Shown here: piece by piece, positions 9,538-18,454 of the stretch
How the letters are laid out: each line of letters begins with the position of its first letter
How positions within the stretch are numbered: position 1 is the first letter of the stretch
Virus record (IMG/VR): IMGVR_UViG_3300033186_000039
Span: 1-64,000 of that record
DNA from: a virus
Length of the DNA: 64,000 nucleotides
Strand: one strand, 5' to 3'
The notes under the pieces: generated by a model
The model's database searches: none
The model's input: only the letters and a program-made list of their open reading frames with translations
What the model was told of the DNA's origin: nothing
Translations under genes and position numbers: made by a program

Positions 9538-9789
9538 TTATTTTTTGTCCATTCCATAATCATAGATTTTCTGCCATTGTTCTAATGACATGTTATCCAG
9601 CCCTGCTGGCACATTATCTCTTCGCCATTCAGTGCGTAGCATCATCGCCTTTTGGCAGTAATCATCCACTAACCCCCTAACTGCAATGCGGTCAATTCCC
9701 AAAAAAATGGCAACTGCCGCCTCGCTCATTTCGCCATACGCATGAGAGACTAGAAGGGCGGTTTTTTTTTCGTGTTCGGTTAGTTTCAT
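9538..9789 (-). CDS. Small HTH-like protein (83 aa)
   Basis: ATG 9789 is preceded by GGAGATAAA. AAVAIFLGIDRIAVRGLV looks like a helix-turn-helix. Confidence 0.5.
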   Translation of the reverse strand: MKLTEHEKKTALLVSHAYGEMSEAAVAIFLGIDRIAVRGLVDDYCQKAMMLRTEWRRDNVPAGLDNMSLEQWQKIYDYGMDKK

Positions 9790-9802
9790 TTTATCTCCAT
9801 TT

Positions 9803-9832
9803 ACGGAGACCGCCCCTAGGGTCGGTCTCCGT
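9803..9832. repeat. Second copy of the 30-bp palindrome (one mismatch) plus AATCTTGTTAA
   Basis: ACGGAGACCGCCCCTAGGGTCGGTCTCCGT, between the stop at 9845 and the RBS of the 9789 gene. A third, degenerate copy is at 10242-10270. Confidence 0.9.
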
Positions 9833-9844
9833 AATCTTGTTAAA

Positions 9845-10225
9845 CTATGTTCGGAACTCTGGATGAGTGGCGGCATTAATCCCAATCCAAAGAAGTATTG
9901 CCTGCTGGCGGTTTAGGTCTGGGAACTGCTCAATAACTTCATCAACTGGAGCGAGTGCTGATTCGTGTTTGGCGTGAACATCCACCATCGCGTATGCTGC
10001 CTGTACGATTGGACTGCTTGATGATTGAGGCATGACTTCTATTGATTCGTCCCATTTCTTACCTAATTGAGCAAGGCGGTAAATTTCCTGCCAAAGGGAT
10101 TTTCTTTGCTTAAATGGCGTTGCGGCAGCGACTTCAATTAAGTTTGGCTCTCCGCCATTTTGCAGCCCTTCCAGAAAATCATGCGCAGCCTGAATGCCTG
10201 CTTGGTCTTCTTTTGTCTTGTTCAT
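9845..10225 (-). CDS. Hypothetical protein (126 aa)
   Basis: ATG 10225 (MNKTKED) is preceded by AAGGAAAACAAATGC. The upstream part of the track ORF overlaps the degenerate palindrome. Confidence 0.5.
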   Translation of the reverse strand: MNKTKEDQAGIQAAHDFLEGLQNGGEPNLIEVAAATPFKQRKSLWQEIYRLAQLGKKWDESIEVMPQSSSSPIVQAAYAMVDVHAKHESALAPVDEVIEQFPDLNRQQAILLWIGINAATHPEFRT

Positions 10226-10707
10226 GCATTTGTTTTCCTTTGCGAAGACCACCACTAGGTCGGTTTTCGTATGATGCTGTGTCATCGATGTGGGTGCTGA
10301 ACTAAAGAGGCTGTAAGTTCTCCGCACTCTCCCATCGCCATGATTATTTGAGCATTACGCCCCTATTTTTCGATTGCCTGTTGATAGATGGCATCTCTTT
10401 GTTGTTGCTTCATGTGCGTTCCTTGGGCAAATGTTTAAGCTGCCTAGGTCTTTTCTTATCATTCAAATAATCCTTTTTGTCTTTATTATCTCACTAATTG
10501 ACAATATTCCGCAATGGTTGCGCTGACAAAATTGGCTTGATTTTTTGTGGTGAGGATTTATTATTGGTTGTGCATATAGTCTCTTTTGCCCGCTTCCCTC
10601 CTTGGCGGGCGTTTTAATTTCTGTCCGTCACGCAGAGGCGTGAACTCCTTTATTTCCTTAAATAATCCCTTTAATGTTTTTTGTCAGAACTTCGCTATAC
10701 TGTCAGC

Positions 10708-11403
10708 ATGGATATTGTCAACGAGTTTGATGCAGACTGTGAGTTGTGGAAAAAACAATCGTGGGAAAAGCACGAGTGGTATACGCGCTTTGCTGATTTT
10801 TACCTAGCTCAACCTGCTGGGGCAAGAACCATATCCGATGCTTATTTGCAGTGGTATGCTCACAAAAAAGAAAGAGACCCAAATAAAAGGAATAACAAAC
10901 AGGTTGAGAAAAAAAATATTCCGCGCAGTTGGTTTCAGTTTTCCAAAAAAGACAGATGGTTGGAGAGGGCGGCAGCGTATGATGAAAACAACCGTAAGCA
11001 GCGATTGGCGTTGCAGGAAGCGTCATTTTTAAGTCAGTATCAAGAGCAGCAAGAAAGTTTAAAGAAGTCAAGGGAAGTATCTGATATTATTCATAATAAA
11101 CTGATTGAAAAGCGGGGCGAATGGGATAATGTTGGTGTTGCGACAATGGCACGGGTTTTTGTGGAATTGATGAAAATGCAAGCTGCTGCCAATTCCAGTA
11201 CGTTAGCTGATGTTTTGGAGTTGCTTGATCAAGACCGACATAAGAAGCCTGTTCAAGTTGAGATTAAGAACGAGGGTGATGGCAAGGTGTCTGACCGCGT
11301 TAAAGAAGTGGTGGCACAACATGCCTCGCCTGAGTTGCAGCAAAAGATTGTGGAAGTGGAGCGGGAAATTCAGGCGTTGATGGCAACGGTGGAAAGTGAG
11401 TGA
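10708..11403 (+). CDS. Putative terminase small subunit
   Basis: 231-aa ORF immediately upstream of the large terminase, with a coiled-coil C-terminal half. The call rests on position only. Confidence 0.45.
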   Translation: MDIVNEFDADCELWKKQSWEKHEWYTRFADFYLAQPAGARTISDAYLQWYAHKKERDPNKRNNKQVEKKNIPRSWFQFSKKDRWLERAAAYDENNRKQRLALQEASFLSQYQEQQESLKKSREVSDIIHNKLIEKRGEWDNVGVATMARVFVELMKMQAAANSSTLADVLELLDQDRHKKPVQVEIKNEGDGKVSDRVKEVVAQHASPELQQKIVEVEREIQALMATVESE

Positions 11404-11411
11404 GGCAGTGA

Positions 11412-13007
11412 GTGAGTGCGATTTTATCTTATCTTTCCAAAGGGGAATCTTTAAAGCAAGCCGCTGAGGATGGCCTGATGGAATTTGTCAGGCAAGGGTG
11501 GCATGTGCTTGAGCCGTCTAATCCGCTGATTGAGAATTGGCACATGGGGGTGATTTGCGCTCATTTGGAGGCGGTTCATCACGGTGAGATTACTCGTATA
11601 ATTTTTAATATCCCGCCGCGTCATTCCAAGTCTATTATTGTCAATGTTTTTTTTCCTGCTTGGGTTTGGATACACAAGCCCGCTGAACGTTTTTTTACTG
11701 CCTCTTATGCTAAGAGTCTTGCCTTGCGTGATGCAACCAATGCACGGGACTTAATGCAGTCAAAATGGTATCAAGACAGATGGGGCGACCGATTTAGTTT
11801 TGATATTAACCGTAGTGCTAAAAGTCATTACTACAATGACCATAAAGGCTACCGCTATTCTACATCAGTAGGGTCGGCAGCAACGGGGTTTGGTGGGTTA
11901 AGGGTTGTTGATGACTTTTTGCCAGCAGATGCGGCTTATTCGGGTAAAAAGCTAGAGGCGGCAATACGCTGGCTTGAAGATACGCTGTCATCTCGCTATG
12001 AAGGACAGCAGCGTGCTGAGATTTATGTTATGCAGCGCATCAGCGCAAAAGACCCAATTGGGCATCTTATTGCTAGTAAAGATTATGCATCTGAGGAAGC
12101 TAAGTATATTCATGTGTGTATACCAACTGAGTACGAGGGGCGCAAGGATTTTTCTACCCCGCCTGATTTGTTTGACCCCGCCCGTCCGAACAATACCCGC
12201 GCTACGCCGTTGTCGTGGCGTGACCCGCGCACTAAGGAAGGCGAATTGCTGTTTCCTGGGATGTTCCCGCCTGAATTGATTGCGTCGGAAAAGACCAATT
12301 CCAATCGGTTTGCGACGCAACACCAACAACGCCCCGGTGCCAAAGAAGGTGTGATGTTTAAGTTGCGCTGGTTGCGGGGTTTTGATTTGCGTCACCCGCC
12401 CGTGTTTAAGCGCGTGATATTGTCGTGGGATACTGCGTCTAAGCAAAATTCGTCGAGCGATTACAGTGTGGGAACGACGTGGGGCGAGACTAAGAATAAT
12501 GATTATTATTTGTTGGATGTGTTCAGGGATAAAGTTGAGTTGCCTGAGTTGATTGACCACATGATTTTGCAGTGGGAGAAGGCGAAGCAGTGGTCACAAC
12601 GCGGCAATCCGAATGCGATGCTGATTGAGGATAAGTCATCGGGCACACAAGCGGCGCAAACCATACGCAAACTTTCAATGGAAGAAAAGCGGGCAAAGGT
12701 GTTGCGCTTGCGGGATGAATACGGGGTGAAGTTAGACCGCTTCCCGAATTTGATTGTGATTGATATTAAGGTGTCGCCCAGTATGAGCAAGGAAATGCGG
12801 GCGGATGGGGTTACGCCGTTGTTTGAGAGTGGGCGGGTGTTTGTGCCGAATGAAGCCCCGTGGCGAGCGACTTATGTGCAGGAGTTGACGCAGTTCCCCA
12901 ACGCCCAATACGATGACAGTGTGGATTCCTCCTCTCAGGTGTTGGACTGGTTCGCGGGTAAGGCGAGTAAAGGGGGTAAGAAGGATTGGGAGAAATTAGG
13001 TGGTTAG
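11412..13007 (+). CDS. terL: Terminase large subunit
   Basis: P-loop-like NIPPRHSKS. SSDYSVGTTWG..NDYYLLDVFR and the C-terminal QYDDSVDSSSQVLDW are typical of TerL nuclease domains. Start is uncertain (GTG 11412 or ATG 11478). Confidence 0.8.
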   Translation: MSAILSYLSKGESLKQAAEDGLMEFVRQGWHVLEPSNPLIENWHMGVICAHLEAVHHGEITRIIFNIPPRHSKSIIVNVFFPAWVWIHKPAERFFTASYAKSLALRDATNARDLMQSKWYQDRWGDRFSFDINRSAKSHYYNDHKGYRYSTSVGSAATGFGGLRVVDDFLPADAAYSGKKLEAAIRWLEDTLSSRYEGQQRAEIYVMQRISAKDPIGHLIASKDYASEEAKYIHVCIPTEYEGRKDFSTPPDLFDPARPNNTRATPLSWRDPRTKEGELLFPGMFPPELIASEKTNSNRFATQHQQRPGAKEGVMFKLRWLRGFDLRHPPVFKRVILSWDTASKQNSSSDYSVGTTWGETKNNDYYLLDVFRDKVELPELIDHMILQWEKAKQWSQRGNPNAMLIEDKSSGTQAAQTIRKLSMEEKRAKVLRLRDEYGVKLDRFPNLIVIDIKVSPSMSKEMRADGVTPLFESGRVFVPNEAPWRATYVQELTQFPNAQYDDSVDSSSQVLDWFAGKASKGGKKDWEKLGG

Positions 13008-13375
13008 GGGGTGATGCCGCCTGTTCTAGTCACTTTGTCGTTTAGTTGTTCAACTGCTAATAATATTTCTCTGGCTTTACTCAGTGCTTTTTGCAGATGT
13101 TCTGGCATTACTTTATCATCTATTTGGATGTTTAGCACATGGCAAAGCTCGCGGGTTAGTTGCTGGTATGGGCTTGGTATTGCGGTTTGCACGTCTACCA
13201 GTTTACACCAGTGCGTTGCGTATTTGGTTCTTTTGAAGAACTGAGCGTCAACGATGCGATAACGCATTTCATCCCCTTTTGGATAGCATGGACTAAATAT
13301 GAGAATTCTATCGTCTTTGTTTGGTTGTTCCTGTTCGCGGTCTATCCAGTCGGATAGTGGCGGTGGTGTTGTCAT
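13004..13375 (-). CDS. Hypothetical protein, DUF551-like
   Basis: 123-aa ORF. PPPLSDWIDREQEQP...ILIF...ATHWCKL resembles the DUF551 pattern. It converges on terL with a 4-nt overlap. Confidence 0.5.
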   Translation of the reverse strand: MTTPPPLSDWIDREQEQPNKDDRILIFSPCYPKGDEMRYRIVDAQFFKRTKYATHWCKLVDVQTAIPSPYQQLTRELCHVLNIQIDDKVMPEHLQKALSKAREILLAVEQLNDKVTRTGGITP

Positions 13376-13848
13376 GTTTTGCTCCTTTTTTCACTCTCGT
13401 TCCCATGCCCTGCGTGGGAGCGGGATGGCTTATAGGTTTGTACTGATTATGCGTTGGTATAGCTTGCCTTCATCTTTGCCAAAAGCGTCTTCAAATTTGG
13501 TTAGTTGTTGCGTTAAATTTTCATTTTGCGCCATTAGTTCCCTTGCGGCTTTTTCTAGCGCATCCTCTTAGGTGTCAATATGACCAAGCATGTAAGCTTT
13601 TATGGCTTTTGCTTTATTTAGTCTTAAACTTATCACAGACTTAAAATTGGTTTGTGGGGCGGGGTTGATGTATACAGTCCCCTTGTATTCCCATTGGTAA
13701 GAATGGGGTAAAATTGGCGCATTTTTTACACAGCTTATCCTAGTCTATAGGGTGAAGTCTTAAGTTGTGTTTTGTCGGCATTTTTGCTTTAACCATATCA
13801 TTCAACAGCTTAGTGGGTGGGATGGGCTGGCCAGCGGGAAGCCATCTT

Positions 13849-14172
13849 TCAGATTGATATACCTGATAAAATTTCTTTAGCATAAAAAAGAGCTTTGCTA
13901 TAAGCTTCGTCCAACGTGTAGTCCATATCTTTCCCGCCTATTATATAATCACGCACTTTCTCACAGTGTAAAGAAAAATAAAAGCTTTTACCTACAGCGA
14001 AAGCTGATGATGGGTTGTTTTCATTATTTGTGTAGTATAAACAAACTTTGAATTCATCTCCACATATAACGCCTCTGGCGATTTTTATTCCATTTTGTCC
14101 GCTTCTTGTGTTGCGAGATGTTATTTCTTCTACTTCTTCTAGTGTGAGTAGTATTTCAAGTTTTTGACTCAT
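13849..14172 (-). CDS. Small protein, LEILL-family paralog 1
   Basis: ATG 14172 follows AAGGAGCAAACC. MSQKLEILLTLEE... and GKDMDYTLDEAYSKA are shared with 20600-20911. Confidence 0.65.
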   Translation of the reverse strand: MSQKLEILLTLEEVEEITSRNTRSGQNGIKIARGVICGDEFKVCLYYTNNENNPSSAFAVGKSFYFSLHCEKVRDYIIGGKDMDYTLDEAYSKALFYAKEILSGISI

Positions 14173-14229
14173 GGTTTGCTCCTTTATTGTCTGAATCAGG
14201 ATTTGCAAAATTTTGGGATGCGAATGTAG

Positions 14230-14448
14230 TTATGCTGATAACAAACCCTCGAAACTGCATTCATTATCACGCGGGGATAATCTATCAGGATTTACCCGAC
14301 GAGTGAATGTTTCATCGGAGTGCGGTTTAGCAAGTCGTATCTCTACCGTTTTCCAGTTCACTTTTACAACAACGGCAGGATATTGACGCACAAATCCATA
14401 TCCGCCGCGTTGTTCGTGTGTGTAATAAACTTTATCTCCAGTAATCAT
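14230..14448 (-). CDS. Hypothetical protein (72 aa)
   Basis: Compact ORF. No motif recognised. Confidence 0.45.
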   Translation of the reverse strand: MITGDKVYYTHEQRGGYGFVRQYPAVVVKVNWKTVEIRLAKPHSDETFTRRVNPDRLSPRDNECSFEGLLSA

Positions 14449-14645
14449 GTAATCTTGTTAATCCTGATTATGATGATTTTCATATTGCAGTCCGCAACGC
14501 GTACAAGACTGCATTCCCACGCGGTGCATGGGAACGAGAGGGAGTTAAATTGTACCTGAGCATTCAGGTTTCGCTACGCCACTCTCCAAAGCTTCTTGTT
14601 CTGAAAGCTTTTGGCGTTGCATTACGCCGTCTAAAAATCTTTTCA

Positions 14646-15218
14646 TCACTTCACCCCCGTACTACCAAATCCACCTACCCCACGTTCCGTCTCTCCGCTA
14701 AACTTCTCAACGACTTTAAATATTGGGCGGATAATCGGCTGGAATACGATTTGGGCGATGCGTTCACCGGGTTTAATGGTAAAGTCTTTCATGCCTAAAT
14801 TGATGACAGCAAGCATAATCTCGCCTTGGTAGGACGAGTCAATAACGCCCACGCAGTTGGCTAGGGTGATACCAAGCTTTCCTGCTAAACCTGAACGCGG
14901 GTATATGAAGCCGCCTATGTTGGGGTCGTCAATCCAGATGGCGATGTTGGTGCGTATTAGTTTTGCTGGGCGATTAGGCAGGATGGTTACGCTGTCTTTT
15001 AAGTATGCCCGTAAGTCCATTCCCGCTGCGCCGCTTTCGGCGCATGTGGGTGGAGCAGTAGGGATTTCTGGGTTGATGACTTTGAGTTCAAAAACAAGCG
15101 AGCATATGTCCCCGACAAAAAGTGGAGATTTAATATCTTCATAATCTTGAATACTTAATGTCATGTGACCAACGCCGTTATCATCTTTGATGGTTTTTTC
15201 AAATTGATGTTTTTGCAT
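14646..15218 (-). CDS. dut: dUTP diphosphatase with ~40-aa N-terminal extension
   Basis: Motifs AGMDLRAY, PRSGLAGK, GVIDSSYQGE, GERIAQIVF and RGVGGFGSTG. Confidence 0.9.
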   Translation of the reverse strand: MQKHQFEKTIKDDNGVGHMTLSIQDYEDIKSPLFVGDICSLVFELKVINPEIPTAPPTCAESGAAGMDLRAYLKDSVTILPNRPAKLIRTNIAIWIDDPNIGGFIYPRSGLAGKLGITLANCVGVIDSSYQGEIMLAVINLGMKDFTIKPGERIAQIVFQPIIRPIFKVVEKFSGETERGVGGFGSTGVK

Positions 15219-15220
15219 GT

Positions 15221-15598
15221 TTATTTATCCTTCCCCATTTTTCTTAACGCAACGAATTCGTGGTATTGTTCAAGTAGTTCTCGCTGAGATTCTAGCGGGT
15301 TTATACAAAACCCAAGCTCTTCTAGCGACAGGTGAATATCTCCACATTTTTCACATAGAAATTTGTCGGCAAGCACTATCTCACCGTTTTCACCGTGAAT
15401 GCGAACTTCTACCTCGCCTTCTGGCACTTTGCGCATTTGGACACGCAAGCAGTAGTCGCCTTCTTTAATTTTGACTCCACAACTGACGCATTTTTTGCTT
15501 CTTTTCTTGTTGAAAACTTGATGTGCTTCATCTGCGCCGATTGTGTAGTGTTGTCCGGGGTCGTAGTCGTCGTCGTTGCATTTGCAGGATAGTCCCAT
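15221..15598 (-). CDS. Zinc-ribbon-like protein (125 aa)
   Basis: Cys pairs CKC..., CVSCG and CEKCG. Its stop lies 2 nt from the dut start. Confidence 0.55.
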   Translation of the reverse strand: MGLSCKCNDDDYDPGQHYTIGADEAHQVFNKKRSKKCVSCGVKIKEGDYCLRVQMRKVPEGEVEVRIHGENGEIVLADKFLCEKCGDIHLSLEELGFCINPLESQRELLEQYHEFVALRKMGKDK

Positions 15599-15701
15599 TG
15601 GCTTTTCTCCTAGTTAATAGGATTTTCAAGATGATTAATCCTGTTAAATCCTGATTCTGACAGTTTGATGGGCTTCCCGTTGTTCAGCCCATCCTACTTT
15701 G

Positions 15702-16012
15702 CTAGTGTTTATGCTTGTTGTTGTAGTCTGTAATAGCAGTGCCAATATCAAGCTTTTCTTCATCTGTAAGGCGGTTGTAGCGATTACCTGTGTTGCCTTG
15801 CATTCCTATAGGCATATTATCGACAAGGTAGGCAACTGGGAAAATGCGATGAACTTCATATTGCCCAATTAATAATTGGTCGCCAAATGTGTCTTTATAA
15901 ACAGCATACTCGCCGCTAGATGAAATGCCTAAAACAGCTTCATCTTTTTCGGCGTGGCTTTTTTAAATTTAGAGTCTCTTGTTGCTTTTTGCACCGTATC
16001 GAGTGATAGCAT
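15702..16012 (-). pseudogene. Frame-disrupted small gene (27 codons, then about 77 codons in the -1 frame)
   Basis: ATG 16012 follows AAAGGA. Frame 1 stops at 15929-15931. The -1 frame is open from 15966 to the stop at 15702-15704 and contains no start codon. The switch window holds A6 (15959-15964) and A5 runs. Not in the ORF track. Confidence 0.5.
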
Positions 16013-16073
16013 TTGTTAGTTTTCCTTTAAGCAGTTGCGCTTAAAATCCACCACCATTATCCCCTCCCTCCCC

Positions 16074-16286
16074 TCATTTTGTCAATTCATTTATCCCAAA
16101 AAACGCCTGTACTGACGACTTGCTGACTTGCCAGCGTTTGCCTTGGCGGTGGCTGACAAGATTATTTTTGTGGCAGTGGTATCGAACCCGCTCCCGTGCG
16201 GCTTTTTCGCTGATGGAAATTTTGTGCTGACAGAGTGTGTGCGCCGCTTCCTTTATCGGCACAAAGTCGTCGTTATCGTTAGCCAT
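16074..16286 (-). CDS. Excisionase/AlpA-like HTH protein
   Basis: 70 aa. VPIKEAAHTLCQHKISISEKAARERVR....GKRWQVSKSSVQAFF resembles excisionase-family DNA-binding domains. Confidence 0.5.
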   Translation of the reverse strand: MANDNDDFVPIKEAAHTLCQHKISISEKAARERVRYHCHKNNLVSHRQGKRWQVSKSSVQAFFGINELTK

Positions 16287-16307
16287 GCAAATCCTTTTAC
16301 ATTTTAT

Positions 16308-16396
16308 TCCAGAAAATCCAGAAAATCCAGAGTATTAGACGAAGTTTAGTTAATTAACTGCTATACATCCATGACAACAATAACTTTTTGACAAAA
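16308..16396. promoter_or_regulatory. Divergent control region: 3x TCCAGAAAA tandem repeat, 12-bp palindrome AGTTAATTAACT, and TTTTGACAAAA
   Basis: TCCAGA at 16308, 16317 and 16326 (9-bp period). Palindrome at 16348-16359. The 11-bp palindrome at 16386-16396 ends 4 nt before ATG 16401. Confidence 0.5.
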
Positions 16397-16400
16397 TCTT

Positions 16401-17288
16401 ATGCGCGACTTTGTTGAAATGGCGATGTCAAAGTCGCCGTATTGGGCGATGGAGCAACAAAACTTCGCCACCGTATTGACAGTATTACAGCGACAGAATG
16501 GCAGCGATGAATACGTTGACATGATGAAGACGCTGCAAGACCGCTATGCGCAAATGCAAGCCCAGTACAGCGGTGTCATGCTGGAAGGGGCAAGCAACAC
16601 TTACATGCTTGGCAATATTGCCGTTATACCGGTGATTGGCTCACTCATGCCCCGCGCTGATATGTTCACTGAAATCAGTGGCGCAACCTCCGTTAAAAAA
16701 TTACAAGCAGATTTTGAACTTGCACTCGACAGCCCCGATGTCGCGGGCATTTTGTTTGACCACGACTCCCCCGGTGGTGCAGTCACCGGGATTGCCAATT
16801 TCGCTTCCAAGATATACACCAACCGCAACAAGAAGCCGATGATGGCTTATGCCAGCGGCGATATGTGCAGCGCAAGCTATTGGCTCGGTGCAGCCGTGGG
16901 CAACAGCAAACAGAAATGTATCTACGCCTCAGCCACCAGTCGGATTGGCAGCATTGGCGTGGTATCCACCTACACCGACATGACCCGTGCTGAAGAAAAC
17001 GCGGGTGTCAAACGTTATGAAATTGTGTCAACAGGCAGTGAGCGCAAACGCCTCAGCCCTGACACTTCAGAAGGAATGGAAGCCATCACCGACCAGTTGA
17101 ACGCGGTGTATGGCGAATTTGTCAATGCGGTGTCGCGCTATCGCGGCGTATCGCAACAGACAGTGAAAGACGATTTTGGACGCGGTGGCGTGTTTGTAGG
17201 GAAACAAGCCGTTGCCGCTGGACTTGTAGACGGCGTTGCCACTTTTGATGAGGTGGTCAACATTTTTTCTAGTAACTTCATTGGATAA
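16401..17288 (+). CDS. S49-family (SppA/ClpP-like) prohead protease
   Basis: Motifs DHDSPGGAVTGI, MCSASYWLGAA and SRIGSIGVV. Sits upstream of the scaffold and capsid genes. Confidence 0.8.
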   Translation: MRDFVEMAMSKSPYWAMEQQNFATVLTVLQRQNGSDEYVDMMKTLQDRYAQMQAQYSGVMLEGASNTYMLGNIAVIPVIGSLMPRADMFTEISGATSVKKLQADFELALDSPDVAGILFDHDSPGGAVTGIANFASKIYTNRNKKPMMAYASGDMCSASYWLGAAVGNSKQKCIYASATSRIGSIGVVSTYTDMTRAEENAGVKRYEIVSTGSERKRLSPDTSEGMEAITDQLNAVYGEFVNAVSRYRGVSQQTVKDDFGRGGVFVGKQAVAAGLVDGVATFDEVVNIFSSNFIG

Positions 17289-17296
17289 AAGGACTT

Positions 17297-18016
17297 ATGG
17301 CCAAGGAAGATTTGAAGACTGACAGCGGTGATTTAACACCGTTTCAGCAGGCAAAACAGGATTTAGGTTTGCCCGCTGATGCGTCGGACGAAGCGGTGGC
17401 AACAGCCGTCAAAAGTCAGGCGCAGAAAATGGACACCTTAGAAGCCCGTTTTGACGTGTTGGAAAGCAAGTTGGGTGCTTTGGTAGAAGCGTTACAAGCG
17501 CAAGCCAAACCTGCACCGACTGTTAAAAGCGATGAAGGCAGCGGCGACTCTGTGGCGGCTAAAGCTGACTCAAAAGTTGAGAAAGCGGCAACAGAGTTGG
17601 AGTTGCAATTGCGCACTCGTGAAAGTGCGATGGTGGCAGATTTGCAAAAGGAAAACGCGCAACTTAAAGCAGCAGAGTCTAAGCGGATTATTAATGAGGC
17701 GATTGCCAAGGGTAAAGCTGCTTACAAAATCACACCTGACATGGAAGCCCAATGGACAAAATTGGCACATAGCGACTTTGAGCGTTTCCAAGAAATGTTA
17801 GCGGCTCAACCTGCTGACCCACGCTTAGCAGCGGCGGGTAATCAGTTAGGGCGCATGGCGGCGCAATATGACCCCAATAGCGGCTTGACTTATGAGCAGC
17901 AACACTTGGCAGCGATGGCGGGTATTGAGGAACAAGCTTACATGAAAGGTTTGCAACGCGCTCAAGCTGAACGTGGTCAACGTCAGTTGTCTGTCAACCC
18001 TAACGCGCTGTTTTAA
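17297..18016 (+). CDS. Head scaffolding protein
   Basis: 239-aa Ala/Glu/Lys/Gln-rich coiled-coil ORF between the protease and the capsid protein. Confidence 0.55.
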   Translation: MAKEDLKTDSGDLTPFQQAKQDLGLPADASDEAVATAVKSQAQKMDTLEARFDVLESKLGALVEALQAQAKPAPTVKSDEGSGDSVAAKADSKVEKAATELELQLRTRESAMVADLQKENAQLKAAESKRIINEAIAKGKAAYKITPDMEAQWTKLAHSDFERFQEMLAAQPADPRLAAAGNQLGRMAAQYDPNSGLTYEQQHLAAMAGIEEQAYMKGLQRAQAERGQRQLSVNPNALF

Positions 18017-18026
18017 GGAGTAAAGC

Positions 18027-18452
18027 ATGGCATTAGTAAAAGGTTTTACGCCTAAATTTTACGGCGAAGTTCGCCGCTTTAACTACCGCTTCCCCGTCGC
18101 GGCTGACCAAGTAATTTACGAGGGCGCAACGGCTGTAATTGATTCCGCAACCGGTTATGCGGTTGTCCCCAGCGTTGCTACTGGCTTAGTGACAAAAGGT
18201 TGGGCGGCGCAAGGTCAGAATGTTGATAGCACAGGCTTTGCAGATGGTGAAAAAACTATCCTGATTGAATATGGCGTGGTGTTGCGTAAAAACGACGCAA
18301 CTGACCCCGTGACTAACGGTGACAAAATCTGTTACATCTTTGATGATGAAACCGTTTCCAGTAATGCTACCGGCACGTCCATCGCGGGCGGCGTGTTGTT
18401 TGTAGACGAAAATAACATGGTGGCAGTCAACATGATGCCACAAGGGGTATAA
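18027..18452 (+). CDS. Head decoration-like protein (DUF2190-like pattern)
   Basis: 141 aa. AAGGAG SD. The G..V....G.AV....EYGVV.....G.K.YI.D pattern resembles DUF2190. The call also rests on its position before the major capsid gene. Confidence 0.4.
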   Translation: MALVKGFTPKFYGEVRRFNYRFPVAADQVIYEGATAVIDSATGYAVVPSVATGLVTKGWAAQGQNVDSTGFADGEKTILIEYGVVLRKNDATDPVTNGDKICYIFDDETVSSNATGTSIAGGVLFVDENNMVAVNMMPQGV

Positions 18453-18454
18453 GC

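Noticed and set aside
13430-13760. Minus-strand reading frame ...YQWEYKGTVYINPAPQTNFKSVISLRLNKAKAIKAYMLGHIDT-TAA-EDALEKAARELMAQNENLTQQL... suggesting stop-codon readthrough or recoding
   Set aside because: There is no start codon for the upstream part, no known family, and a single in-frame TAA. A decayed gene or chance is more likely. The + ORF at 13299-13571 also looks spurious.
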